From: a virus
Taxonomy: Duplodnaviria > Caudoviricetes
Virus record (IMG/VR): IMGVR_UViG_3300037237_000100
Span: 1-25,774 of that record
Length of the DNA stretch: 25,774 nt
Strand: one strand, 5' to 3'
The position numbers were made by a program, and so were the translations under genes. Positions 5,599 to 13,926 of this stretch are shown piece by piece; position 1 is the first letter of the stretch, and each line of letters begins with the position of its first letter. The notes under the pieces are model-generated. The model was not told the DNA's origin. It saw only the letters and a list, made by a program, of their open reading frames with translations, and ran no database searches.

Positions 5599-8500
5599 AT
5601 GCCGGCGTTAAAAATTGAAAAAATGGGCGGCATGTTGCCTGCGTGGGACGACACCAATTTGCCGGTCAGTCAGGCCGCCAGTGCTGAAAACTGTTATCTA
5701 TTTAGCGGTGCGCTTCAGGGCTGGCGGACACCTAAGCTACTGAGAACACTCAACGATCCCCTTGCGACCGCCGCCTTTCGGGTGCCGACGCTGACCCAGG
5801 CGAAGGCCACGTCGATCCTGACGTTTATCACCCAGCCAAATGTTGGAGATTTTATTCAACTCGGGGAGCTTGTTTACACCTTTGGCAATGCCACTACGCC
5901 GGGCTTTACAGTTGGTATCGGGGGCACACTGGCCACAACGATGGCCAACTTGCTGGCCGCGCTGGTTATTGGGATCGACCCCACTGCGGATATCGCGGCC
6001 CTGGCCGCTGCTTCCTACACCCTAGATACCTACCAAAACCTGGACTTGTCGCAGGAACCCGGGGAGACCTCGATAGTAGGGTCCACCATTGTCGTGACCG
6101 CAACTGACTATGGGGTAGCCTACAACACGCTTCAGTCCACCGAAAGCACCGGCGGCGCTCGACTGAGTTTTAATAGCGTCACCTTTACCGGTGGCACCAA
6201 CCCGACCTTTACTACCGATATTACCAGTCCGGCGACGTGGCTGGAGTTCCGTGATCAGTACACGACTGTCCTTCGTTCGCCAATTGTTGATGATCAGTAC
6301 AACCGTATCTATGTCGCAAGTCCTACCGTCGCGCCAAACTATAACACCTATAAGCGTATCGCTGCGGGTCCGACTGGCCCCAACGCACCATTCCTCCTTG
6401 GCCTGAACCCCCCCGAAATTGCCCCAACTGTCTCTGTTACCGCGGGCGGCCCGACAGGGCCATCGGGCTATCCTACCTCTATCACTGCCAATACATTCAC
6501 GCCTGGCTCGAATACCCTAGTGGTGTTTTCGTTTGGGACAACTGGCACAGGTGTCACCGTTGTAGACGTTGATATTATGCCCGCGGGCACTGCCGATGGG
6601 ACCAACAATAACGTAGCTGGTGTCACAGGGGCTCCGTCTTTTACCGGAGTGCTGTACGCCGACGCTGCCAATACCCCCGGCGCGACCGGCCCAACAGGGG
6701 CGACTGGTCCTAGCACACCGGGTGTTCTCCTTGCGACTGGGTCATCCATAGCTGGCTGCGAGGCCGGCACGGCAATTACAAGCACATTCCCAACGCCAGT
6801 CACCCTTAACCCGGAGACCGTCTATTGGGCCGGCTTCCAGATAGAAGACGCAGTTCCAATCCAGTTAGCCGACAACTTGGATAACGCTGGTATGTTATCC
6901 TTCTCCCAGACATATGCTGTTGGAGCGCCATCATCTTTAGGCCCCGCGGCGGTAACCGTATCCGGGGTTAGTATTGGAGCCTTTACAGGCCCACCCCTAT
7001 ATGGATATCCAGCTACGATTGAATTTTCTGGTAGTCCCCTCGTTTCTGCGGTACCAACAGGGTCCGTGTTCCAAGTTGGCCCTCTAGGCGATACCTTCTT
7101 CCTAACTACTACCGCCCCTGCCGGTATTGGTGATACGGCCATCCAGGTTCTTATACCAAACGGCGATCCCACCATGCCAGCCGCTGGCATGATAATTCAG
7201 GACTATGGCGTGCCTGGGGCGTATACCGCGAACCCATGGGCAGCGGCGGTTCCAACTACCACCACGGCAGTTGTGGGCGCGACTGGCCCAACGTCTACAC
7301 CAATCCCCGATCTTCAGATGTGGATTGACACCCTTACGGGGGCAACAATAGAGACAAGAGCCTATGTATATACTTGGGTCTCTGCCTACGAGGAAGAGAG
7401 CCCACCAAGCCCACCCACTGTCCAAACAGGCTGGTCGAACGGCCAGTGGGAGATTGGCATGTTTCCACCGCCACCGGAAGATTTAGGGATACTTCGGAAT
7501 ATTACGCTTGAGCGGATTTATCGTACCATAACCGCAGTCGCTGGCCAAACGAACTATTTCCAGGTCACGCCTATAGCCCCCATAGGGCAGACGGAACCGG
7601 CTAACTGGGGTGATTTCCCTATCACTCAAGCCACTTTTGCCGACTCGAATGATGATCTGACCATCTCGCTGAATACGATCCTGCCAAGCGCGACCTGGTT
7701 CAAACCGCCGGAAGGTCTGGAGGGGTTCGTGTCCATGCCGAACGGCATGATAGCGGGGTGGATGAATAACGAGATATGGTTCTGCGAGCCATACCGCCCT
7801 CATGCGTGGCCTCCAGGCTATGTGATGACGACCGAGTTTCCTATCGTTGGCTTGGGGGTAAGTGGTAATTCGTTGATTGCTGTAACTAACGGAACCCCTT
7901 ATATAGCAACGGGTTTGACCCCCGACAGCATGACACAGGCCAAGGTGTTACTGCCTGAACCATGCAACTCGCGGGCGTCAATAGTGAGTACCCCCGCAGC
8001 AGTCTATTACACCAGCCCGAATGGGCTAATGATGGTTACGGGGTATGGGGTTGGCGAGAACTTGACAGAAACTTGGATCACCCGCGAAAAATGGGCGGCT
8101 TTGTCAATGGCAAAGGGCACCGCGGCCATCTCTCTTGCGGGTTGCTATTTTGCCTTTGGAACGGTGCAAGGGGCTGATCATTCGGTCGCCCAACAGGGCT
8201 ATACGATACAGCTGCTGAACGATGCGACCGGCTTTACGATCTGGCCTCAACCAGGCGGCCATAGGTTGGGGTTCAACAAGATGACGGCCCCAAACGCTCA
8301 GGATATCTATAATGTTCAAGCCGACCCATGGACCGGGGTAGGCATGCTGATCCAGAACGGGGGCCAATATTACTACGACTTTACCGACCAAGCCCCGGTC
8401 ATGATGCCCTACACCTGGCGGTCAAAGATTTATCAGCAGCCGTCGAAGGCAAACTTCGAGGCAATGAAGTTGTTCTTTACCGTACCGACTGGTACTCCTG

Positions 8501-8751
8501 CTCCAGGGGTACGCAATACGGCAGCGGCTAGCGATCCTAGCTGGAATACCTTGGGTACGAACCAGTATGCGATCATCCGTGTGTACGCTGATGGCGATCT
8601 AGTGACGTGTCGGGAAGCCCAAAACAGCGGAGAAATGCTTCGCGTTCTTTCCGGGTTCAAGGCGGAACAATGGCAGTGGGAAATTAGTGGCCAAGTACTT
8701 ATCACAAACCTTCAAGTGGCAACCTCGGCGCGTGAACTCGGGAGCGTCTAA
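5599..8751 (+). CDS. Putative tail nozzle / tail tubular B-like (DNA stabilisation) protein with large inserted domains
   Basis: N-terminal GGMLP....LP..QA..AENC.L.SG.L, then TRAYVYTWVSAYEEESPPSPP, RIYRT, W.KPPEGLEG.VSMPNG..AGW and WFCEPYRPHAWP, a pattern recalled from podovirus nozzle proteins. Lies upstream of ejection-like genes. Confidence 0.7.
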   Translation: MPALKIEKMGGMLPAWDDTNLPVSQAASAENCYLFSGALQGWRTPKLLRTLNDPLATAAFRVPTLTQAKATSILTFITQPNVGDFIQLGELVYTFGNATTPGFTVGIGGTLATTMANLLAALVIGIDPTADIAALAAASYTLDTYQNLDLSQEPGETSIVGSTIVVTATDYGVAYNTLQSTESTGGARLSFNSVTFTGGTNPTFTTDITSPATWLEFRDQYTTVLRSPIVDDQYNRIYVASPTVAPNYNTYKRIAAGPTGPNAPFLLGLNPPEIAPTVSVTAGGPTGPSGYPTSITANTFTPGSNTLVVFSFGTTGTGVTVVDVDIMPAGTADGTNNNVAGVTGAPSFTGVLYADAANTPGATGPTGATGPSTPGVLLATGSSIAGCEAGTAITSTFPTPVTLNPETVYWAGFQIEDAVPIQLADNLDNAGMLSFSQTYAVGAPSSLGPAAVTVSGVSIGAFTGPPLYGYPATIEFSGSPLVSAVPTGSVFQVGPLGDTFFLTTTAPAGIGDTAIQVLIPNGDPTMPAAGMIIQDYGVPGAYTANPWAAAVPTTTTAVVGATGPTSTPIPDLQMWIDTLTGATIETRAYVYTWVSAYEEESPPSPPTVQTGWSNGQWEIGMFPPPPEDLGILRNITLERIYRTITAVAGQTNYFQVTPIAPIGQTEPANWGDFPITQATFADSNDDLTISLNTILPSATWFKPPEGLEGFVSMPNGMIAGWMNNEIWFCEPYRPHAWPPGYVMTTEFPIVGLGVSGNSLIAVTNGTPYIATGLTPDSMTQAKVLLPEPCNSRASIVSTPAAVYYTSPNGLMMVTGYGVGENLTETWITREKWAALSMAKGTAAISLAGCYFAFGTVQGADHSVAQQGYTIQLLNDATGFTIWPQPGGHRLGFNKMTAPNAQDIYNVQADPWTGVGMLIQNGGQYYYDFTDQAPVMMPYTWRSKIYQQPSKANFEAMKLFFTVPTGTPAPGVRNTAAASDPSWNTLGTNQYAIIRVYADGDLVTCREAQNSGEMLRVLSGFKAEQWQWEISGQVLITNLQVATSARELGSV

Positions 8752-9113
8752 TGCCTAATACGCAGCCAACTGTCAACAGAACGCCGTCTATTCCGCTGGT
8801 GAAGGATGTGGACAGCCTCATCGTTGCCGTGCAGGCCCTCACGCACGGCTATAATCTGTTAACCAATCGTATAACCGCGACCAATAAAGCGCTCGCTAAT
8901 GCCCAAGCGAACCGGCAGCCACCAATAGCGAGTAAAAACCAAGCAAATAAAGCAAACCAGGGAAGGTTCGTTGAACAACCCCTGTTACGGGTCACAGTGC
9001 TACAAAAGGTCTATAGCAAACAAGACCCTACGGTGTGGGTCGAGTTCTTGCAGATCAACACGATGACCTTTAAGGACAGCGTCACGGGCGAACTGTGGAC
9101 CTGGAACCGATAA
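8751..9113 (+). CDS. Hypothetical tail-associated protein
   Basis: TAATG coupling at both ends; PSIP motif followed by a short helical or coiled segment. Confidence 0.65.
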   Translation: MPNTQPTVNRTPSIPLVKDVDSLIVAVQALTHGYNLLTNRITATNKALANAQANRQPPIASKNQANKANQGRFVEQPLLRVTVLQKVYSKQDPTVWVEFLQINTMTFKDSVTGELWTWNR

Positions 9114-10210
9114 TGGTTACCTATATAGACGCCTTTCCCGATCAAGACCTGATAATAGATCAGGACCCAAGCACCGGCTATGCCGGCGGCTGGCTGGATA
9201 CCATCGTGGACCTCAACTTTCCCAGTAAGGGCGGCCCGTGGTGGGCATATACGCCGATCACACAGCCTTATGAATGGAGCAGTATATCGTATGATGGGCA
9301 TATTGGAGACCCATACACGGCACTGCGCGGCTTCCCTTACTGCGAAGAACCCTATTGCACAGGTGAACCCTTCGGTACTGACTATTACCCGCCACCCGTC
9401 CCCGGCAACTATTTACGCTTGCCGCGGATAGGGGAGGCTAGCGCTCATGGCGTCATGCCAAATGGCGCTCTACTAGCTCCGTATGGGTTCAAAAGCCTTA
9501 ACGACGCCGCGTGGGACGCCTACGTAAACAGTGGGGGGAGCTGCACCAAGTTGAATTTCCTGCAACCGCCACAGCATCGGTACTTCGACCCGAGCAGTGG
9601 CTATGGTGGCTTCCGTCCGAATATCTGGCAAATTATGGCGCTGGACAAGGAACAGCCATGGAAACTAGACCCACTCAACCCCGGTCAAAAAATCTACCTA
9701 ATGCCGACGCAAAAGGTACAGGACACCATAGCGCCAAAGTTCCTCAAGGCATGGAACGACACAACTAATGCCTATAATAAAGGCGAAGTAGCGATGAATT
9801 GGTCGGTTTCGCCATTATTCTTTGCAGAATGGCGCGATGCTATCACGGGAGCACCATATGAGGTTGCGATCAATGCATCATACCCGGGCCCTAACCAGGA
9901 CTGGAAATTCCCTATTAAAATGGTAGATGGCCCAGTCACTACGGATGGGGTCATTGGCCGCTGGGACTATAACGTAGACATTCAGGACTTCGCGGCGGGT
10001 CTACCGCCGGCTGGATGGTGGCAAGGTCAATCCATATATCCCTCTGGTACAGCTGGCGGAACAGCCAATTATGGCTATACCTTGTGGGCATTCCACCCTG
10101 CCTATGCCGTTAATATAGCCGGGGGCCAATTGGACCCAAAGCTATGGGATACCACGGGGGATGTGCCTATACCCACCAAAGCTAACCGGGGGCCCCCTTA
10201 TGCCATTTGA
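9113..10210 (+). CDS. Hypothetical aromatic/Pro/Gly-rich protein (365 aa)
   Basis: Start reassigned to ATG 9113 (TAATG overlap, in frame with the track ORF). Long ORF, no recognised motif. Confidence 0.7.
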   Translation: MVTYIDAFPDQDLIIDQDPSTGYAGGWLDTIVDLNFPSKGGPWWAYTPITQPYEWSSISYDGHIGDPYTALRGFPYCEEPYCTGEPFGTDYYPPPVPGNYLRLPRIGEASAHGVMPNGALLAPYGFKSLNDAAWDAYVNSGGSCTKLNFLQPPQHRYFDPSSGYGGFRPNIWQIMALDKEQPWKLDPLNPGQKIYLMPTQKVQDTIAPKFLKAWNDTTNAYNKGEVAMNWSVSPLFFAEWRDAITGAPYEVAINASYPGPNQDWKFPIKMVDGPVTTDGVIGRWDYNVDIQDFAAGLPPAGWWQGQSIYPSGTAGGTANYGYTLWAFHPAYAVNIAGGQLDPKLWDTTGDVPIPTKANRGPPYAI

Positions 10211-10403
10211 CCGCGCTGGCGCAATTAAAGCCTTAACCAATCCAACCTTCCCACCAGAGGGGGTCGCCCAGTTGCAGCGGGCTATCCAGTTTTATGACCG
10301 GATTGGTACAACCCCCCTCCAGACCCCACCGCGGAACTTGGTGACAAACCCGGACCCGAAAAAAACGGGACCATTGAGCCCCAAGCCCCCCACGCTCGGG
10401 TAA
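10200..10403 (+). CDS. Small hypothetical protein (67 aa)
   Basis: ATG at 10200 overlaps the end of the previous gene; the ORF fills the gap before the next intergenic region. Confidence 0.5.
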   Translation: MPFDRAGAIKALTNPTFPPEGVAQLQRAIQFYDRIGTTPLQTPPRNLVTNPDPKKTGPLSPKPPTLG

Positions 10404-10431
10404 CTCAATCTTTACCCTAATTCATTAGAAG
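10400..10431 (+). promoter_or_regulatory. Second candidate promoter with degenerate CtrA-box-like site
   Basis: GTAA-N7-TTTAC (10400-10415), then 10 nt, then TAGAAG. Same spacing as the 5544 element; AT-rich gap before the ejection genes. Confidence 0.35.
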
Positions 10432-10461
10432 TAGGGGGGCATTTACTATTGAGGGCTATCC

Positions 10462-11808
10462 ATGATCCCCGACGACCCCAGTCTAGCTGCCTTTTTACAG
10501 CAAGTTGGTAGCCAGGCGCAAGGCTATGCTAATACAGCCTACGCCAACTATGATAGTAACTTCCAACCTGCTGAAAACTCTATATCTTCGGCGGCTGGAC
10601 AAGACTTAAGCCCAGGCTATCAGACCCAGGTAGCTGGCATGGCGTCCTCCGGGGCAGCGCAGGCCGGGGAAGCCCAGCGCACCAATTCCCTCAAGGACCT
10701 TCAGGCCTTCGGCATTGACCCCTCCAGTGGCCGTTATGCCGAGCTGGATAGCGCCGAGCGGGGCCGGACCGCGGCAACCCAGGCAGGGGCAGCGAACGAC
10801 GCCGTCCTACAGACCCGGGCGGCGGGGTTGGGCCTACAGCAGCAAGTAGCGAACTCGGCTATCCAGAGCGCGCAAGTGGGTAACCAGGCCCTGCAAACCG
10901 CGGCAAGTATCAAATATCCGCCGATGTATAACCCTGCCGTGAACACTAATATAACGAACCCCAGCCTTGCTGCGAATAATGCTATGGCAGCGAACGACCA
11001 GGCTATAAACGCGGCCAATCTTGCCAGTATGCAGGCAACCAATACCGCTGCTATAAATAAAGGACTCAGCAGCAGCGTACCCTACACCATGCCAACGGTC
11101 GCTGGCACCGGCGGTGGCTCGCCAGCCCCCGTAACGGGTAGTTATAGCAGCGGGTTGTCGCGGCTTCCGCCATCTTCTCCTAACTCAAGTAGTGCCAGCG
11201 CACCAGCCAATTCCGGGTCCTACGGTACGGTAGATAACTCGGTCTGGGACCCATCAATGGTAGGAGCTAATCCCGGGCCAACGAACCCATTCAGCGACCC
11301 ATCCAACTCTGTAATCGGGCCGGGATCGACCAATCCTACGGATACGAGCATTTACAGTGGTGGCGCAACGGACCCCTATGCAGGCCTATATGGCGGCTAT
11401 AGTACCGGAGATACCTACACTCCTGGTGCCACTAATACCGGGGGCGTGTTTGATCCCTCCTATGATGGCAGCGCACCGAGCGGGGACGCCGGTAGTGGGT
11501 GGGGCGATAGCGCGGGCGATCCTACGAATAGTTATACCGGCTTCGCTCAAGGTGGCGCGGTGGGCGGCGCGATCAACCTCCAACAGGGGGGTATAGCGCC
11601 CCCCAGTGCCAGTCCTAGCAATGGCCAGCAGACCGATGATATCCATGCCAACGTGAATGCCAACGAGTTTGTGGTGCCCAAGGACGTGGCCCTGTGGAAG
11701 GGGCAAGAGTTCTTTCAGAAGTTAATTGCCACGGCGCGTAAGGCCCGGTTATCGGCCCCGGCGCAGGGCTCTCCCCCTAGTGGCCAAACACAACCGGCGA
11801 TGGGATAA
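10462..11808 (+). CDS. Putative internal virion (ejection) protein 1
   Basis: Ala/Gln-rich helical N-half with GIDPSSGRY, a Ser/Gly/Asp-rich linker, and a C-terminal FAQGG...TDDIHANVNANEFVVPKDV module like those recalled from tape-measure/ejection proteins. Confidence 0.65.
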   Translation: MIPDDPSLAAFLQQVGSQAQGYANTAYANYDSNFQPAENSISSAAGQDLSPGYQTQVAGMASSGAAQAGEAQRTNSLKDLQAFGIDPSSGRYAELDSAERGRTAATQAGAANDAVLQTRAAGLGLQQQVANSAIQSAQVGNQALQTAASIKYPPMYNPAVNTNITNPSLAANNAMAANDQAINAANLASMQATNTAAINKGLSSSVPYTMPTVAGTGGGSPAPVTGSYSSGLSRLPPSSPNSSSASAPANSGSYGTVDNSVWDPSMVGANPGPTNPFSDPSNSVIGPGSTNPTDTSIYSGGATDPYAGLYGGYSTGDTYTPGATNTGGVFDPSYDGSAPSGDAGSGWGDSAGDPTNSYTGFAQGGAVGGAINLQQGGIAPPSASPSNGQQTDDIHANVNANEFVVPKDVALWKGQEFFQKLIATARKARLSAPAQGSPPSGQTQPAMG

Positions 11809-11811
11809 GAC

Positions 11812-13914
11812 ATGCCACGCTTTGCCCAACCAAATCTAAAAAATTATAAAGCATCTGACCAAGCCAAACAGGCGTGGGACCCAAAGGTGGGAACGATAGG
11901 CGTCTCGGAGAGTGAACCGCCGCCATCGCAAACGGCAGACGTAGGCAATAATACGGACCCCCCAACGCGGGACAAAGGTAACAAGGGTACGTACGGCAAA
12001 GGCTCGAAGGTCAGAAGTTATGACGCCGGCGGCGCTATTCCCGATGACGCCGATCAGCCCGATCCAGGGAGCGACCAGGGCGGGAACGGTAGTGACGCGG
12101 TTGATGCTGCAATGGCCTATGGCCGGCAATTGGTCATGGGCACGGGGCAGCAGGCTGGAAACATTCCGGCAAAGCCAGCGGGCCCCGGTGGTGATCAGCC
12201 GAACCCTAACCCCTTCCCAACGAAAACGCCCGCTATTCCATTGAACGTGGCCGACAATCAGAACGCACCACGGCCAATTCCGCCGAAGCCCGGCACCTTG
12301 CCACCGCCGCAGCCGAAACCTTTTGATCCGCGTGACTACTTGCCGGGTGGTGGTCAGTCCTCCCAGGCCGACACAGGTAACCAATCCCTTGCCACCGGTG
12401 GGCCAGTTCTCCCAACAGATACTGGGAATGTCGGAACGAAGTCCTATGACGCAGGCGGCGCTGTTCCTGACGATCAAGACCCGGCGAATGGGTCTGATAG
12501 TGATCCTGGCCCTATGCCTCCTGCGCCCACCGGCGCTATTCCTACTGACCAGCAGCCACAGCAGCAGCCACAACCCGCGCCAGGCAACCCGGCGGGGGAT
12601 CAAGGAGGAAATGGCGGCTTGTCGATGCAGGACTACCTTAAAGGTAAAGGCGCGCTATCCGCCCAAACCGTCGAGAAATATAAGAACGCGGGCGACCCCC
12701 AGAACAGTTTGCCCGTGAATGAGCGCAATGTGGCCGCGGTTAAAGCGGCTATGGAAAAGGATGGTCCTCAAGCGGCTTTTGGTGTTAACCAGTACTATCG
12801 TAAAATCTGGGACCATGAACAGAACTCAGCGCGAGCGGCGCTTAACGGCGCAAACGGGAAGCCACCGGACCCCGATGCAGTGGTCGAGCATGCCAATGCT
12901 GCATACCCCCATATGCCAGATGGCTCAAGCATTAAATTTTCTCGTATAAATAACGGGTATCGGGCTGACATTGAACCAGGAAAAGCGGCAGGGGGGGACG
13001 AGCAAACGATGCGGGTTCAGGCAGATCATATTGACCTGACGCCGGCTCAAATGAACGATTGGGTGAACATAGGCACGAAGGGGCAGTTTGACGCTGTTTA
13101 TGCCCATAAAGGCCCAGCCGTTCTGGCCGATATCGCCAAAACCCCAGGTACGCCCCCACAGCAAGCCAGCAACGCGCAGGCCCAGCAAGGAGGTGCGGCC
13201 CCCCAGCAACCTCCCGCGGCTGGCTCCGCGGCTAACCCCCTTGGCCCAGGCATAGACCACCCGGCCCCTGCGGCCCAGCCTGGCGGCGCGGGAACCCAGC
13301 AGGCAGGTTCTATGTTCGACTACCAAAAGGCATCTGGGAACACCCCTCAAGAAATCGCATATGCGAAAGCGCGGTGGCCAATGGTGGACTCTTCGGATCG
13401 GCTTGACTTTTTACAAAAGCAACGGGCTACTCGGGAGGAAAGCGCAACCAAGACTGCGGACGAAGCCGCGAAAGCTAAGGCCAAGTCGGAGTCTGATGAC
13501 AAGCGAGCGGCTTCCAGTAGATACCGCACCGATGCCGAGTCCTCGCATTGGGATGCCCAAACAAAGGCCCAACTGCTGGGCATTTACACGCGGGCCCAAA
13601 ATGACCAATATTGGCACGAACAAAGTGGTGCAATCAAGTTGCTTACTTCCGACGCTATGGCTGGTAACAAACTAACCCCTGTTCAGCAGCAGCTGTCGGA
13701 TAATATAACCGCGCGGGCCCTGCAAACACAGCCGCCGCAAGGTCAGCAGCCGCAAGCGCCGCAAGCGCCACAGGCCCCGCAAGCGCCACAGGCCCCGCAA
13801 GCGCCACAGGCCCCGCAAGCGCCACAGTCAGCTACAGGCGCAGCACCAGCTGGGCGGTTCACCAGCGGGCAAACAGTATATGATAAACAGGGTAACCCCC
13901 ACATTATCCAATAA
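11812..13914 (+). CDS. Putative internal virion (ejection) protein 2
   Basis: 700 aa, Pro/Gln/Gly/Asp-rich and apparently largely disordered; two YDAGG motifs; lies between two other ejection-like genes. Confidence 0.6.
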   Translation: MPRFAQPNLKNYKASDQAKQAWDPKVGTIGVSESEPPPSQTADVGNNTDPPTRDKGNKGTYGKGSKVRSYDAGGAIPDDADQPDPGSDQGGNGSDAVDAAMAYGRQLVMGTGQQAGNIPAKPAGPGGDQPNPNPFPTKTPAIPLNVADNQNAPRPIPPKPGTLPPPQPKPFDPRDYLPGGGQSSQADTGNQSLATGGPVLPTDTGNVGTKSYDAGGAVPDDQDPANGSDSDPGPMPPAPTGAIPTDQQPQQQPQPAPGNPAGDQGGNGGLSMQDYLKGKGALSAQTVEKYKNAGDPQNSLPVNERNVAAVKAAMEKDGPQAAFGVNQYYRKIWDHEQNSARAALNGANGKPPDPDAVVEHANAAYPHMPDGSSIKFSRINNGYRADIEPGKAAGGDEQTMRVQADHIDLTPAQMNDWVNIGTKGQFDAVYAHKGPAVLADIAKTPGTPPQQASNAQAQQGGAAPQQPPAAGSAANPLGPGIDHPAPAAQPGGAGTQQAGSMFDYQKASGNTPQEIAYAKARWPMVDSSDRLDFLQKQRATREESATKTADEAAKAKAKSESDDKRAASSRYRTDAESSHWDAQTKAQLLGIYTRAQNDQYWHEQSGAIKLLTSDAMAGNKLTPVQQQLSDNITARALQTQPPQGQQPQAPQAPQAPQAPQAPQAPQAPQAPQSATGAAPAGRFTSGQTVYDKQGNPHIIQ
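13750..13827 (+). repeat. 9/18-bp coding minisatellite encoding about 8 PQA units
   Basis: CAAGCGCCACAGGCCCCG is repeated three times, with flanking 9-bp units. Confidence 0.95.
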
Positions 13915-13926
13915 GAGGGATAGGCC

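Noticed and set aside
10359-10365. A7 run as a programmed frameshift site
   Set aside because: No extended alternative-frame product or tail-chaperone context was found.
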